DNA of 64,000 nt. Source: Tubiluchus corallicola. Lineage: Eukaryota; Animalia; Priapulida. The translations under genes and the position numbers were made by a program. The notes beneath the pieces are model-generated. The model did no database searches, was not told the DNA's origin, and saw only the letters and a program-made list of their open reading frames with translations. Positions 26,004 through 38,399 of the stretch are shown here, piece after piece. Within the stretch, counting starts at the first letter, position 1; every line of letters begins with the position of its first letter. The DNA lies in assembly GCA_030141605.1 (NCBI GenBank), contig JAQGDQ010000133.1, positions 470,043 through 534,042 on the forward strand, in the 5' to 3' direction.

Positions 26004-26584
26004 CTGTCAGTGAAAACTGATCTATTGTCACTGTCAGTGAAAACTGATCTACTGACACTGTCAGTGAAAACTGATCTACTGTCATTGTCAGTGAAAACTG
26101 ATCTACTGTCACTGTCAGTGAAAACTGATCTACTGTCACTGTCAGTGAAAACTGATCTACTGTCACTGTCAGTGAAAACTGATCTACTGTCATTGTCAGT
26201 GAAAACTGATCTACTGTCACTGTCAGTGAAAACTGATCTACTGTCACTGTCAGTGAAAACTGATCTACTGTCACTGTCAGTGAAAACTGATCTACTGTCA
26301 CTGTCAGTGAAAACTGATCTACTGTCACTGTCAGTGAAAACTGATCTACTGTCACTGTCAGTGAAAACTGATCTACTGTCACTGTCAGTGAAAACTGATC
26401 TACTGTCACTGTCAGTGAAAACTGATCTACTGTCACTGTCAGTGAAAACTGATCTACTGTCACTGTCAGTGAAAACTGATCTACTGTCACTGTCAGTGAA
26501 AACTGATCTACTGTCACTGTCAGTGAAAACTGATCTACTGTCACTGTCAGTGAAAACTGATATACTGTCACTGTCAGTTGAAAG
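26004..26584 (+). repeat. 27-bp minisatellite, ~21 copies
   Basis: Unit CTGTCAGTGAAAACTGATCTACTGTCA, nearly invariant. Confidence 0.97.
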
Positions 26585-28059
26585 TGGTTATTCTTTTGAA
26601 CGGGTTATTATTCATTACTGATTCTGATATTAGTCACATACTTCAAGAATTCTTTGCCATTGCTTAATAGTGAAGCGCTAAAATATTTTCTCTGATACTT
26701 TATACGTACCAGTGGCGCAATTTTGCTCTTTGTATCACGCACCATGTATTGCAAAATGCAAGAGCAATTACGTTGTTTCCAAAAGCTAATAGTTTTTAAT
26801 TGTTTATAAATGTACAAGCTTTATAACTAACACCTAATGTTATTTCTGATTATTGTTGGTTTCGTCATTATTGATGTATTATAGATTGTATGTATTATGT
26901 ACAGAATGTTTGTATTATAGAAATATTACGTATTTTATAGAATAAACTAAGGCGTAACTAACGTAATCACAAACTGAGTTGAGATGTAGATATATGCACT
27001 TCTGTTTAATCCGCTCACATTAAATCAACATGCACCTGATTGATTAATTACATCCTTGTATAAACAATTAGAAATAATGAATTAAAATACGATCAATGCT
27101 TAACAATTACTGATGTTCATTTAAGTCTCGGCTGTTCACGTTACTTTTATTCATTGTAATGCATTTGTAGCATCAGCCTGGGTCCATGTACACTAATTGC
27201 AATCAACCTTGCATGAACCTGCAAGAATTACTCGTGTACACGAGATATTCGGTAATTAGCTTTGTGTAATAAGCTGGTACCGCTTGCAATTTATGAGTAT
27301 CATTGTGCAGAAGCTAATCAAGAAATCGTATTTCAGATAATCAGTGGATATTAGAAACATTAGACATTAACGCGCAAGGCGTTCTTACTTTCTACTATCT
27401 CGATTGGGTGTGTTAATTTGTTTACTTGTAGAAAAACGAGCTAAAACGAAGTACAATAAATTATAATCATGAGTACGTTGCATTACAATTAAGTAGGATA
27501 TACGAATACTAAACATTAGTTATTTTATCTACGTAATGTGCTGGTTTCTGGTGCAAGAATACACAACCTATATACATCATAAACATATGAGAAATTTTAG
27601 ATTGAGTTAAAAGACCAAATGAAAAAATATTGAAAGCGTTTTTTTCTATAATTTTCGAACATTTATATGGTTAGCAGTTCTAGCTACTAAATTTGCCGAG
27701 TAGTTAAAGTTACTTATTTTGAAAAAAACAGTTTTTTAATACAATTATTGTAACTTTTATTGCCGATATAAATACATGCAAAATAATCGGGCCAGAGCGA
27801 TGCCCCACTAGTACAAAATGTTTTGAACCATTGGACTCTTATTTTGTCATGACAATTTCAAAAATTTCTGATCAAAATGTTAGCTCCTTCGGTTAATAAA
27901 CGTTTTGCCTTTTCATGTCCTCGTTATCAGAACCCGCTTCAGATATAATTGGCCAAGTTATTTTTCATTAGAAACAGGGAGAATTTAGACTAATAGCAGC
28001 AAATATTGCCAAAGGGAACTGATTTATAGGAAGATGGCGCAGTAGTGACAACTTTTGTA

Positions 28060-28335
28060 TTTTTCAGTTAATGGCAACATCTGCGAAAATTCGAAATGTA
28101 CTATTCATAGAGCTAATTGTATTAGCTACTAAAGACACATCATGGGTATAAATTAAGCGATTTAGAATAGTACCACTTATCTTACAACCAACACCAGCAA
28201 GACATAATCGTTTGCTAAGATTAGAGAAATAGTAAATGAAGAGCCGGCAGAAAGAAATCACCCTGCCGCTCACCATTTTCTAAACTAAAATGGTTAGAAA
28301 CATGGTGCCCTCACCGGACAGCCAATTTACTTACT
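28060..28335 (-). mobile_element. Degenerate LINE RT fragment
   Basis: LFIYYFSNLSKRLCLAGVGCKISGTILNRLIYTHDVSLVA corresponds to a decayed YADD region. Confidence 0.7.
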
Positions 28336-28343
28336 ATGATTTT

Positions 28344-28363
28344 CACACACACACGCACGCACG

Positions 28364-28412
<49 letters not shown>
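28344..28412 (+). repeat. (CA)n/(CACG)n microsatellite
   Basis: Directly visible. Confidence 0.95.
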
Positions 28413-28417
<5 letters not shown>

Positions 28418-29469
28418 GCACGCACCCAGGGAGGCACGCACGCACATAAATATATCCTCCATATACGAATGTATATTTTGTTTCAAATTATTCTGTATAG
28501 CATTAGTTATACGACCTCCTCTTTTGTTTAACATGCAGTTAATGGCTTTTTGTGTGATTTATGATAAACAATTCGCTAGCCATATTGCATAGATCTCTAT
28601 GCAGGCATTAAAACAAGAGATTGCGTGGCAGATGTCCTGCATGAAAAATAGCAAATGGATTGTGCTAGCTATCGTTGTAATGGTTTCATTTAAAATTGCA
28701 TTCACTCCTTTTTGCGCATGAGGACAGATTTTCCTGTATTACAGAGAAACCAACACGTAAGTCAGACTACCGCTAATCTTTGCTATTTCTGCCATGACAT
28801 CTGTGTAATGAAACCTATTCTGCATTACTGTTAAAGTTAAACTGAGTTTTCTTGCTGTTCCCAGCAACAACTAACATCAACAAACTGAATGCAAAGACAA
28901 AAAGCCTGCTGGTCAAACTAATTATTTTGTAAACTGAACACGACAAAACTATAGTTGGCTATCTGTCTCAGTAGCTGGCATCGCAAAAATAGATTAACGA
29001 GTTCAGTGGTGGTTTGCGTGCGACACGTTGTGCTTGATAGTAGTTATCTGCTTGAGTAAAATTAACTTATTTAAAAAATCACAAGTAAATATCTAATGTT
29101 TTATTATTTAAGCAATATTCTATTGAATACGGTAGCGTAGCTTACATTACTCGTTTGAAATGAAAATAGCATCTAGCTTCATGTTACTGGGCAGTTGTTT
29201 GCACCTAGGAATTATGTGGTTTATTAATTTAAAGCAGCAAAGCGATTTAGTTCCGTGTACCTACAGTATTCTAGTTTCTACTACCTAAAGTAGGGATTCT
29301 GGGGAAGTTATTGTGCACAATGCGCGTGACAAAATGAATACGGAAGCTTAATACACGTTCTATTCGGTATGCGCTGGTTGACTTTTTTTGGTGAAGAGCT
29401 AAGCAATCTCTAAATTCGGAACTTTTGTACTCAACTTCTTGCGCCAATTTGTGATTGAACTATTGCTTT

Positions 29470-30560
29470 AAACGGCAAAAACTCCAGTAACAACACAGAC
29501 TTCAACAAGATTTTCATTCTGTACCTCATACAAAACTTTTAAAAGTCGGTTAATGCTAATGGTATTAATTGCCTGTCCTGTAAATGGACTGAAAACTTTC
29601 TTATGGGTCGATTACAACAAGATTACGAAAACGATTATATTCCTGTACGTCTGTTTTGGCGTTCTCCAAGGTACTATTTGCCCTCTGCCGTTCATTACTT
29701 TTTGTCAATGACATACCTAATGTAATCGGCAGTGCACATTGTAAAATGCAGCTATTTGATATTTAGTTATATATCAAATACTATTGTCCAGATACTGGTA
29801 TAAGACAATTTTGCTGTATGGATAAGAAAGTGGTAACTTCCCATTTTTATAAACAATTATAAATAAATGTGGTGTTTAAGATATTGAGTCAGGAAGTTCA
29901 ACGGAAAGTGTAATTCTGTTCTCCGAGGACTAAGTTAAGGACTTATGTGTAATAATTGGAAACAACCCAAAATTTTCAACACATTTCATTAGCATAATAT
30001 AAAAAAGCTGACCGAGTTAGCAACATAGTGTTATTAATTAATTAATACTAATTTATTAGCCTCAAATCCACAAAAATCTCTAGGGCTTTACAGTTAAATA
30101 CTGTTTTGATGCTTCGCCATCCCTGATAAAAATAGTTTATTAATTGCCTGCAAAACTTACATTCCTGCTTTTAGTGAAGCGTTTTACCCCAAATGGAACT
30201 CTATTTACTAAAAGACCTTAATTTGGTTGAAAACGTTGAGCGCTACTTCACTCGCAGTTTAGGCGCGCAATCTTGACAACATGTCATACCTTGAGTCTCT
30301 GACCATTATCATTTTTAAATTTTAAGCCATTCGAACATGGACGAATAAATGTTATTCAATATTACGCTGTATGCTGTAGACAAAGATCATATTTTTTAGT
30401 AAAGACCTTTGTCTAATGTAAACAGGAATAATAGATAATTCACTGTAGACTTGATTATAGAATCAGCCCCCAAAGTCTTTGTCGTGCCCCATGGTCAAAA
30501 ACGTTTCAAAAACTTTTCAAAAACGTTTAGCAGATATAAATCTTAATGATCGTCTACCAC
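29470..30560 (+). mobile_element. Degenerate CR1-like LINE 3' half
   Basis: GVLQGTICPLPFITFVNDIP and WN.YLLKDLNLVENVERYFTR motifs, heavily frameshifted. Confidence 0.75.
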
Positions 30561-30736
30561 CTTTCAACGGGTATCTAATTAAAGTATCGAATTTGTATCT
30601 AATTTTTGTGCAGTTTTCTTCTAATTAGACTTTTTTAGCTGCAAAACTTTCATTTTCTACTGTATGTACGCTTTATCCCGGTTTCATATTATACATTTTT
30701 GTAAATATTGTACTACAGGGCTGTGATGAAATGAAA

Positions 30737-31079
30737 TGTAATGCTGGCAGGGGAATACAGTAGACATCTCAGGTGTGCATGTGAACGTGGCTTTATCTAG
30801 CACAGACTCGTATTCTGACCTTGTGCTAGTAAAAACCACTAGTCACGTGCACACCTGAGCTTATAAAAAGGGAAGGTCTGCTGTAGACCCTTGTCAGTGG
30901 TCGTGTCTTTCGTAGCATGTGCAGCTCTGTTCACATTTCTCAGGTTTTTCTCGCAAACTCTGTTCCTGTAGGTAAGCTGGTCGTTTAACGTGTAATATTC
31001 AATAATAAATTGTCTTTTCGACTGACTCTATTATTCAATCTTGTTTATGGGTGAAGCGTTGAATGACATAATTAAGACA
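30737..31079 (+). mobile_element. Putative solo-LTR-like segment
   Basis: TGT...ACA ends, TATAAAA at 30862, donor AG|GTAAG near 30970, AATAAA near 31004; no TSD identified. Confidence 0.4.
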
Positions 31080-31807
31080 TGCCGCACCGTGTGGGCCGCA
31101 ATGCCATCCGTCCTGCCTCCGCTATGAGCAGACGGCAGTCCACTATTATCACTATGTTTTCAAAATAAGATAACGCATAAAAATATTCGAAATATTTAAA
31201 ATCGATTGAAAATGTCATTCTGGGTGGAACCAGCTGACATACACTACATACTGGTAAGAGAAAGATGCTAGTGGATACTAGACTTAACTAGTTGCTTGTA
31301 GATAAGATAAAATGCACTTTATTGCAGGCAAAACCGCTAATATCAATATACATAAAAATAAAAACTGCTACATATGTACCATAGCCTCTACGTCACACAC
31401 ACACACATACACGTAAAACACTGCCACAATAAAATTATTTACAGACAACAAAGTGTGTGTGTGTGTGTGTGTGTGTGCGTGCGTGCGTTGTATGTGTGCG
31501 TGTGCGAATGCGTACGCGCACATGTGATGTGAAACTTTGTTCTATGTGAACAATTGTTGCAATGTCTGATGTACGATAATATATAATTGAACATTCATTA
31601 CGCTTGATAAATTGATCCAAATACGAAGATTGACATTTCTGAATTGCATGATGGCAATAATTATACCTATGAGAGCTGTTCTAGAGCATAATAATTAATG
31701 CCTTGCATAACCTTAAAATATACGAATTTGATGATTGACCTCACACTTATCTACTAAAAGCTGCCGCCTGTTGGCCTCGGGCACTTCGAGAATTACCGTT
31801 CGTTACT

Positions 31808-32490
31808 GGGGACAGGTCAATTTGGCGCGGCCGTTCGGGCGCCAGACACTTGGGCGCGAGATATTTGGGCGCCAGAATCGACGTATGCTACGCTGGAATA
31901 AGAAAGAAGATAATTTCAGTGTCGCGCAGCAAAACACAATGCCTATAGTAGGCCTATTAGGTAAAACATCTTGGTTTGTTTAGTTACATGCTAGTGTAAT
32001 TGACATTAGAAATAAGTCAAATAACTAAAACATTCACAATGTGTAAAAAACTCTGCTGTTGAACATTCACAAGAGTTGCCGTGATAATTATGTATTAAGC
32101 ATTTTCTCTCATTAATTGACCTACTTTCTTTCGAATACGCAGCTAGTATAAGCAACATAACTTAAAGTGTACTTGATGAATAGTTGCACGTTAACATTAG
32201 GTTACCGTTAGCTCGCTTGGAACAAACTGGAAATGTTTGGTTGGCTTATTCTTTCTACGAATTTTAATAAGCATTGCTTATAATGAACAACTTAATCTCG
32301 CTGTTCATGATACTGACTTCCTTGTTAATTTTAAAAACAACAAATAGGATAATTATACTATGGTTTTTAATTGTGTTACAATTCTGTTATTAAACATTGT
32401 GATAGGAAAGTAGTGAATCATTAAAAATTTAGTAAACAGCACGACCAAATGTCCCGGGCCCAACTGTCCGTGTCCAAATGTCACGTACCC
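31808..32490 (+). mobile_element. Non-autonomous DNA transposon (MITE-like) with subterminal ~15-bp repeats, copy 1
   Basis: Left ATTTGGGCGCC-type repeats mirror right GCCCAAATGTCC-type repeats; flanking direct repeat CGTTACT (31801-31807, 32491-32497); a second copy lies at 47447-51828. Confidence 0.75.
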
Positions 32491-32549
32491 CGTTACTTGC
32501 TGTGTCAAGTGCACCAAGTGCAGGTTGTGTGTTTGGCTTCTTCTGTCCT

Positions 32550-32622
32550 GTGTTGTGTGATCAAGTGGTTTAGATTTCGGACTGCAACCCCGCAGTCTTG
32601 AGTTCGATACTAGTGGCTGCCA
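32550..32622 (+). mobile_element. tRNA-derived SINE head or tRNA pseudogene
   Basis: A-box-like TGATCAAGTGG and B-box-like GAGTTCGATAC at tRNA spacing; cloverleaf stems do not pair well. Confidence 0.45.
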
Positions 32623-32867
32623 AGGCCAGGATATTCGGTGTTTGTGTGTTGCGTCCTTACCTGGGTGTTGGGTGTTATTACGGTAAATGTATCTAATTAA
32701 AATTAATTATTGTATTGCTGATCAATTAGCAATATATCCCTAATTAATTTATAGGCCATTGTTTCATGAACAATAAGGATGACTCGAGTCTTATTTCTGT
32801 AACTCCGTCTTACACATTTATTTGCCTATTTATTTGGTGGTTTGGTTGCTTTCTTGCTTATTTTCTT

Positions 32868-32975
32868 ACTTATCTACTTTCTTACTTATTTACTTGCTGA
32901 CTTATTTACTTGCTGACTTATTTACTTGCTCACTTGTTTACTTGCTCACTTGTTTACTTGCTCACTTACTTATTT
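32868..32975 (+). repeat. 16-bp/4-bp degenerate tandem repeat
   Basis: CTT(A/G)TTTACTTGCT(G/C)A repeated about 5 times. Confidence 0.85.
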
Positions 32976-35147
32976 AATTACTTCGTTCATTCTAATTAAC
33001 GAATGGGTGGTGAGCGACTAAATGTAAGCAGTGCTAAACGTGGTTAGTAAGCGGGTGGGTTACTACAATAAACATCACTACTGGTTGATTTCGTCTGCCT
33101 TGCTGCTACTTGCCTTGCTGAGGAAGAACGTATACGCCCAAATCTAGCTAAGGCATCTCTACTGCGGTCCTGTATTTGATCGAGCTTTATTGCTGATAAT
33201 GATAACGGTTTTGGTATCACAAAATTGCAAACAATCACACATGGTTTACGTATTTCAGAAATAATGTAAGAAATGGAGCTTTGCGCATTTACCTTATTTT
33301 CTATCTTGGTTGACGATCGACTATATATACTACAGCTGACAAAGCAAAATTAACTATTTATTATTAAACTGTGTAACGAGAAATAGTGTTGTGTATTCTT
33401 ATTCTCCCTAGCGTTGTTGCTTCTACTGTTTCCCCTTAATCCTTTGATTATATAGTTAAAATTCAGCTTACTTTTTTGTTTTCCTTTATTTAGCCATATG
33501 CCATGTAGACGTACCAATTTGCTGTAAGCATTGTTTGAAAACACATAACTCCATTAGTTGTATCAGCACAACAAAAACATATTAGGCAAGCTGTCCTGCA
33601 TTAATGTGCACAATAATTCTTTTCCTGATTATGCATATTAAAACATCGCACGTAAAACTTGAGCAGCAAACACACATACATGTGCTCCATCATGCATCGT
33701 TTCTTTCTTTTCGGTCTTGGTATACTTCGATATGCTTATATTACAATTTTATGCATTTAACGTCAAAGTGAAAAGGTTTTGCGTTTATTGTGATTACATG
33801 CCGTGTGGCACCTCACGTTTTAAGTCATTTGAGCAAATGCTGATAGCTGACGTTTAAACTGTGTTTGTGGATTCTGTCGCGAGACAGATAGGTGGGCGGC
33901 TTTTACGCATGTACATGGTGAAATGAAGCCAGTAATGTGCTACATACAATGAGCAAATGCGTTACATCACTTTTAGGGCATTTTATGTTCATTTAGAACA
34001 ATTTGGGCCATTATCTATTTATATAAACTGCACAAGTAACACAGTTTGTTGTAGTTGAAATCATTTAACATGAAAAGGTATGTTTGCTTTAAAAAAATTT
34101 TTGTCAAGGATAATATACGTTATTTCGTTACATTCATATGCAAATCGACTGTAAGAAAGTAAACGTCTTTAATTGCAATATTTTTTTTTTGGTTTATACG
34201 AGAGCCAACGCATTATGGATTTTGTTGAAAAAATTGCAAAATTAAGCGACTATTTTTAGTGGAATGTGTTTGGTTTATTTTTTGGTGCCAAAAAGGATTC
34301 GTGTTAAAAATGGATATGTAAACACTAGAATCTGACCACTGATTTATTTCAATTATTGCCTATTACAGTTCATAACTTTAAAATATTAAAATAATAAAAT
34401 AAAATACATCTGTTTTGTTTTGCGGTTCGCATTAATAGTGCCTTTAGCATTATAATACTTCAAGTCTAATAGTAAAATAAATTGTCTGCAAAAACTATTT
34501 TAAACGAAACTTTTTCTTTAGGGCAAATTTAAATTAATTGACTTTAATTTTAATTCAGATGTTTTAAAATTAGCCAGGAAAAGGTTTACTTACGATGATT
34601 CATTTTTCGCATTTAGAAATTACGGATACACAGGTAATAAACAAACTTTCTATTGCGTAAATGAGAAAAGCAGGTGTGCAGAAGAGCAAAAGGTACTTAA
34701 ATTAACAATGAAATCGTTGTAGGATAGTATGAGTGAATGTTGACAGATTACTTTTCAGAAACACTGTAAAGAAATGTGAAACTATAAGACTACTAAAGGT
34801 TACGTACAAGAGATATGTCATCATATATGTAATCTACTTACTATTATTGCATGGTTCTACTTATTACATGGTTCAAATCCAGGCAGAATCCAGATTTTCG
34901 CGTTTCCTTCATTTTAAAGTTTGCTATCAAAATTTACTTAATTATATGTTTCTAACTTCATTAATAATAATCTCGACATTAGGATTATAATAAGCAGTAA
35001 TTGATCACATACGAAGTTAGAGGCTCAAAATTAATTAAAATAGCAATTAATCTAATTAGTTAGAATCTCTCTCGTGTGAGCTTTCTAACATTGGAAATGC
35101 TTAATTTGGTTGGGCATAAGGGATGAACCTTGGACAGCATTGACTGA

Positions 35148-35212
35148 ATGCAGTGGCATAGCGGTCTAAGCTGAAGGTTTCTGGTTCAAATCCAGGCAGC
35201 ATTCCAACCTTT
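35148..35212 (+). mobile_element. tRNA-derived SINE head remnant
   Basis: TGGCATAGCGG (A box) and GGTTCAAATCCAGGCAG (B box); the same B-box string recurs at ~34870. Confidence 0.45.
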
Positions 35213-36414
35213 TTACATTTCCTGTCTTTCAAGTTTGTTTGAGATAAAAATTTAATTAGGTTTGTACCGTCATCAGAAATAATCATTAATAATAATTAGT
35301 TAAAATAATTAAGTGGAACAATCATGTTCTAAAAAGTATAATGTTTTTGCTCGTTAAATATAAGTTAAAATTAAATGTGTTGCACATTACGTATTTGTTT
35401 AACAGATTAGGTAACAGTAAGCCTGTGCTGGTATTTCACTTTTGCCCGTGGAGTTCTAGACTCACACAAATACAATGTGAATTTACCGGGGACAAATTAC
35501 ACAGTAGCTGAGCAAAGCGGATATGAAGACGCTAAACGTAATTTTGAAATTGCGCTCTCTCTCGCGCGCGCGCGTCTATACTGATTATTCAGAAATACTG
35601 GGCCAATTGCAGGAAGCCTCCATATTGCAATAAAATGAGAGACTTCATGAGAATCTGAGAAATACAAAATTGCGCAGCTAATTATTAAAGCGCCTTAAAT
35701 AAAAACTAAGTAAAAAGTTCAGAAACACACTTTAGTAGTTTGCTTCGTCTCTCTCTCTAATTTACTTTTTAACGTTGATATTATTGTGTTTTGAGCTGTT
35801 TATATTGTTTGTATTTTTGCCGCCAGCAACGGAATCTAAGAAAACCCGTAATCTCACTTCTTTCATCTCATATGAGAGTGCTGAGTTCCATACAATGAAC
35901 ATTTTATTCCATTTATCTGTCATTACGTTGGGCATCGAATCATTAACATAACTCTAAAATTATAGTACCTACTCTAGGTCCTATAGTCACGAAACTTGCA
36001 GGGCAAACACCTGGATAGGGCTGATATTGTTAAAGCTAAAATATGATTTAGTTTAAGAGCCCGAGATAGGAGCAAATCTACGAAAATTAGAGCAACTACT
36101 GAGTTCTAGCGAGTTCAAGATGCGGTAATTACATAATACATGTATCTTTTACTTACTTAATTACATAAATTCATCTGTGGACTTTTTGTTATGTGGGCTA
36201 GAATTTGTCTAGGACTCTGAAGAACATAGTTACGTATTGGTTGAAATTGCGTGTCTTGAATAATATTATATTATTATATTCTATATTAAATATAGATTTA
36301 AATCTACTTTGACGCTGAACTAAAAGCTATTTTAACTGTAAAAGAAAATTTTAAGAAATGACACACACGAAAAGTAGTTAGCTTGTAGATTTTTAATACA
36401 TCTTTATACTGAAA

Positions 36415-37485
36415 ACAATATGATAAATACTGTAAACCAAGAACTTGTACACCTTTCCACCAAGCTAATAAGTTATCACTGAATATTGAAAAAACCAAAT
36501 TTATTGTATTCGCAAATAAAAATAAAAGAATCCCTAGTAATCTTACAGTAAAAATCGATGAAGTTCCAATAAATCAAGTAGAATATATTAAGTTCTTAGG
36601 CATCATCATAGATGAACACCTAACTTGGCAAGAACATCTTGGATTTATCGAAAGCAAAATCTCAAAAACCATAGGTATTATATACAGTGTTAGACACATA
36701 TTGCCTAAATCAGTACTTGTATTATTATATAATTCTCTTTTTTACCATATCTTAATAATTCAAACATTATTTGGGGAAGCACATACACCAATCGATTGAA
36801 AAACAATAATCTGATGCAGAAGAAAATAGTGCGAGCTATAACATTTGCCGGTTATCAGGACCATACACCACCAATATTTAAAAGACTAAACTTTCTAAAC
36901 ATTTATGACATTAATAAGTTCCAAATTGCCATTTTCATGTACACATTTTCTCATAAATTATTGTCTCCCTTATTTACTGATTATTTTTGTTTGAATGCGA
37001 GATACATAATTACGGCACACGCTATAGACTTAACTATCACTACACACAGTGCAACACAAACGTTAGAAAATTTTCTATTAAATACAATGGCCCTTACATA
37101 TGGAATTCAATTGCTCCAGCTATTAAAAATGCCAACTCGCTGTCCATATTTAAAAAAATTATAAATTAAACTTACTTGAAACATATAACTGATCACTCAA
37201 TCATGATTTGTTGTTTTTCATTTTCAAAAACTTCCCCTCTAGTATAATAATATTTTTATTGCTTCCCACCCGTATTTATATTTGTATATATCGTAATATT
37301 GTATCTGTATATATTGTAATTTTTTCATAACTAATTCTAGTGACTTACCATAAGCTAGCTTCTTAGGTCTCTAGTGCAGAATTCATGAATTGTATCATAT
37401 TTTTGTATTAACAAAAACTGATTATCGATGCACATGTAATGTATATGTATATGTTTATTGCGAAATAAATCTATTAAATCTAAAA
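36415..37485 (+). mobile_element. 5'-truncated CR1/L2-group LINE (3' end)
   Basis: ANKLSLNIEKTKFI...KFLGIIIDEHLTW; closely matches 50128-51006 including the 3' UTR and AAATCT-type tail. Confidence 0.92.
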
Positions 37486-38399
37486 AACACTTTATAGAGA
37501 AATATATAAAATAAAACACTAGAAAATACCATATGGTAATGTGATATTATACCTTTTCCAAAACATATTGCGGCGAAACGATAACTGTCCTGGTGATGGC
37601 GTTTGTTCTCTAACTGTCCTGGTGATGGCGCACCAACACAGTTAACCTCTAGGCAGCATTTGACAATCCCGTATGTTTTGCAAATATTCTTCAATTTATT
37701 GAGCGTCATTAAAATTTGTAGTTAAATGTTCAAGGGCTAATATCAGACACCAAGTTGAATAGTTTGAAGAATGATTTCGTTTTTAGGAAAATGGCATTCA
37801 CATTTTGAGCATTGACGGAGATCTCTTGAAATTTTTTCTCTGCGAATCTTCGAGATGGGAAGTCTTCACCTAGCCACTTTCAAAATGGCTTTTGATATCC
37901 CCAGTGCTAACGGTACCACACAATTGATGAAGTCAGTTTAAATACTTGTATTTTTAACAAAAAGTCTGAAAAGCAAAATAATAAAATTCAGTTATGATAA
38001 AATAAACACCATGTTTTACTGCGTTGACGTGTACGTAAAGAAATCGCCATGTCAGCGCTGAAGACAAAATATTATTGGGGCTCAAAATGCAGTTTAGACA
38101 TAGTTGATAACTATGTCAAACTTAAAAAATTGGAGAAAAGTTTTATACAGGCAGAAATAAGTCGTTTTAGTTTGCGAATAACGTCACTGGTATCTCTAGA
38201 ACTTTTAACAATACACACGCGTATGCGTTAAAACACAAACAAAATGCTACCGTATCAGAAGTTTCAGCTGGATAACAAAGTTACATATCACGTACGGTCA
38301 GAAATAATCTTGGAATATGTTAAGAAAGGAGGTAACCATTTTTTTTATTAAACTTTACCTTATTTTTTAAATTTTTTGTTTTGAAACTGCTGACATCAT

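Noticed and set aside
25978-26621. Repetitive ~200-aa ORFs on both strands; CRISPR-like look
   Set aside because: A stop-free 27-bp tandem unit with no spacers and no cas genes, in a eukaryotic context.
28606-28720. MSCMKNSKWIV resembling the APN LSCSKxxWIL exon
   Set aside because: Surrounding residues do not match and the frame ends in a stop with no suitable donor.
32550-32622. Functional tRNA-Cys(GCA) gene
   Set aside because: Acceptor and T stems do not pair properly; kept only as a SINE head or pseudogene.
37582-37645. 20-bp direct repeat followed by TGGCGCACCAAC, PBS-like
   Set aside because: No adjacent LTR end and an imperfect tRNA match; treated as a local duplication.
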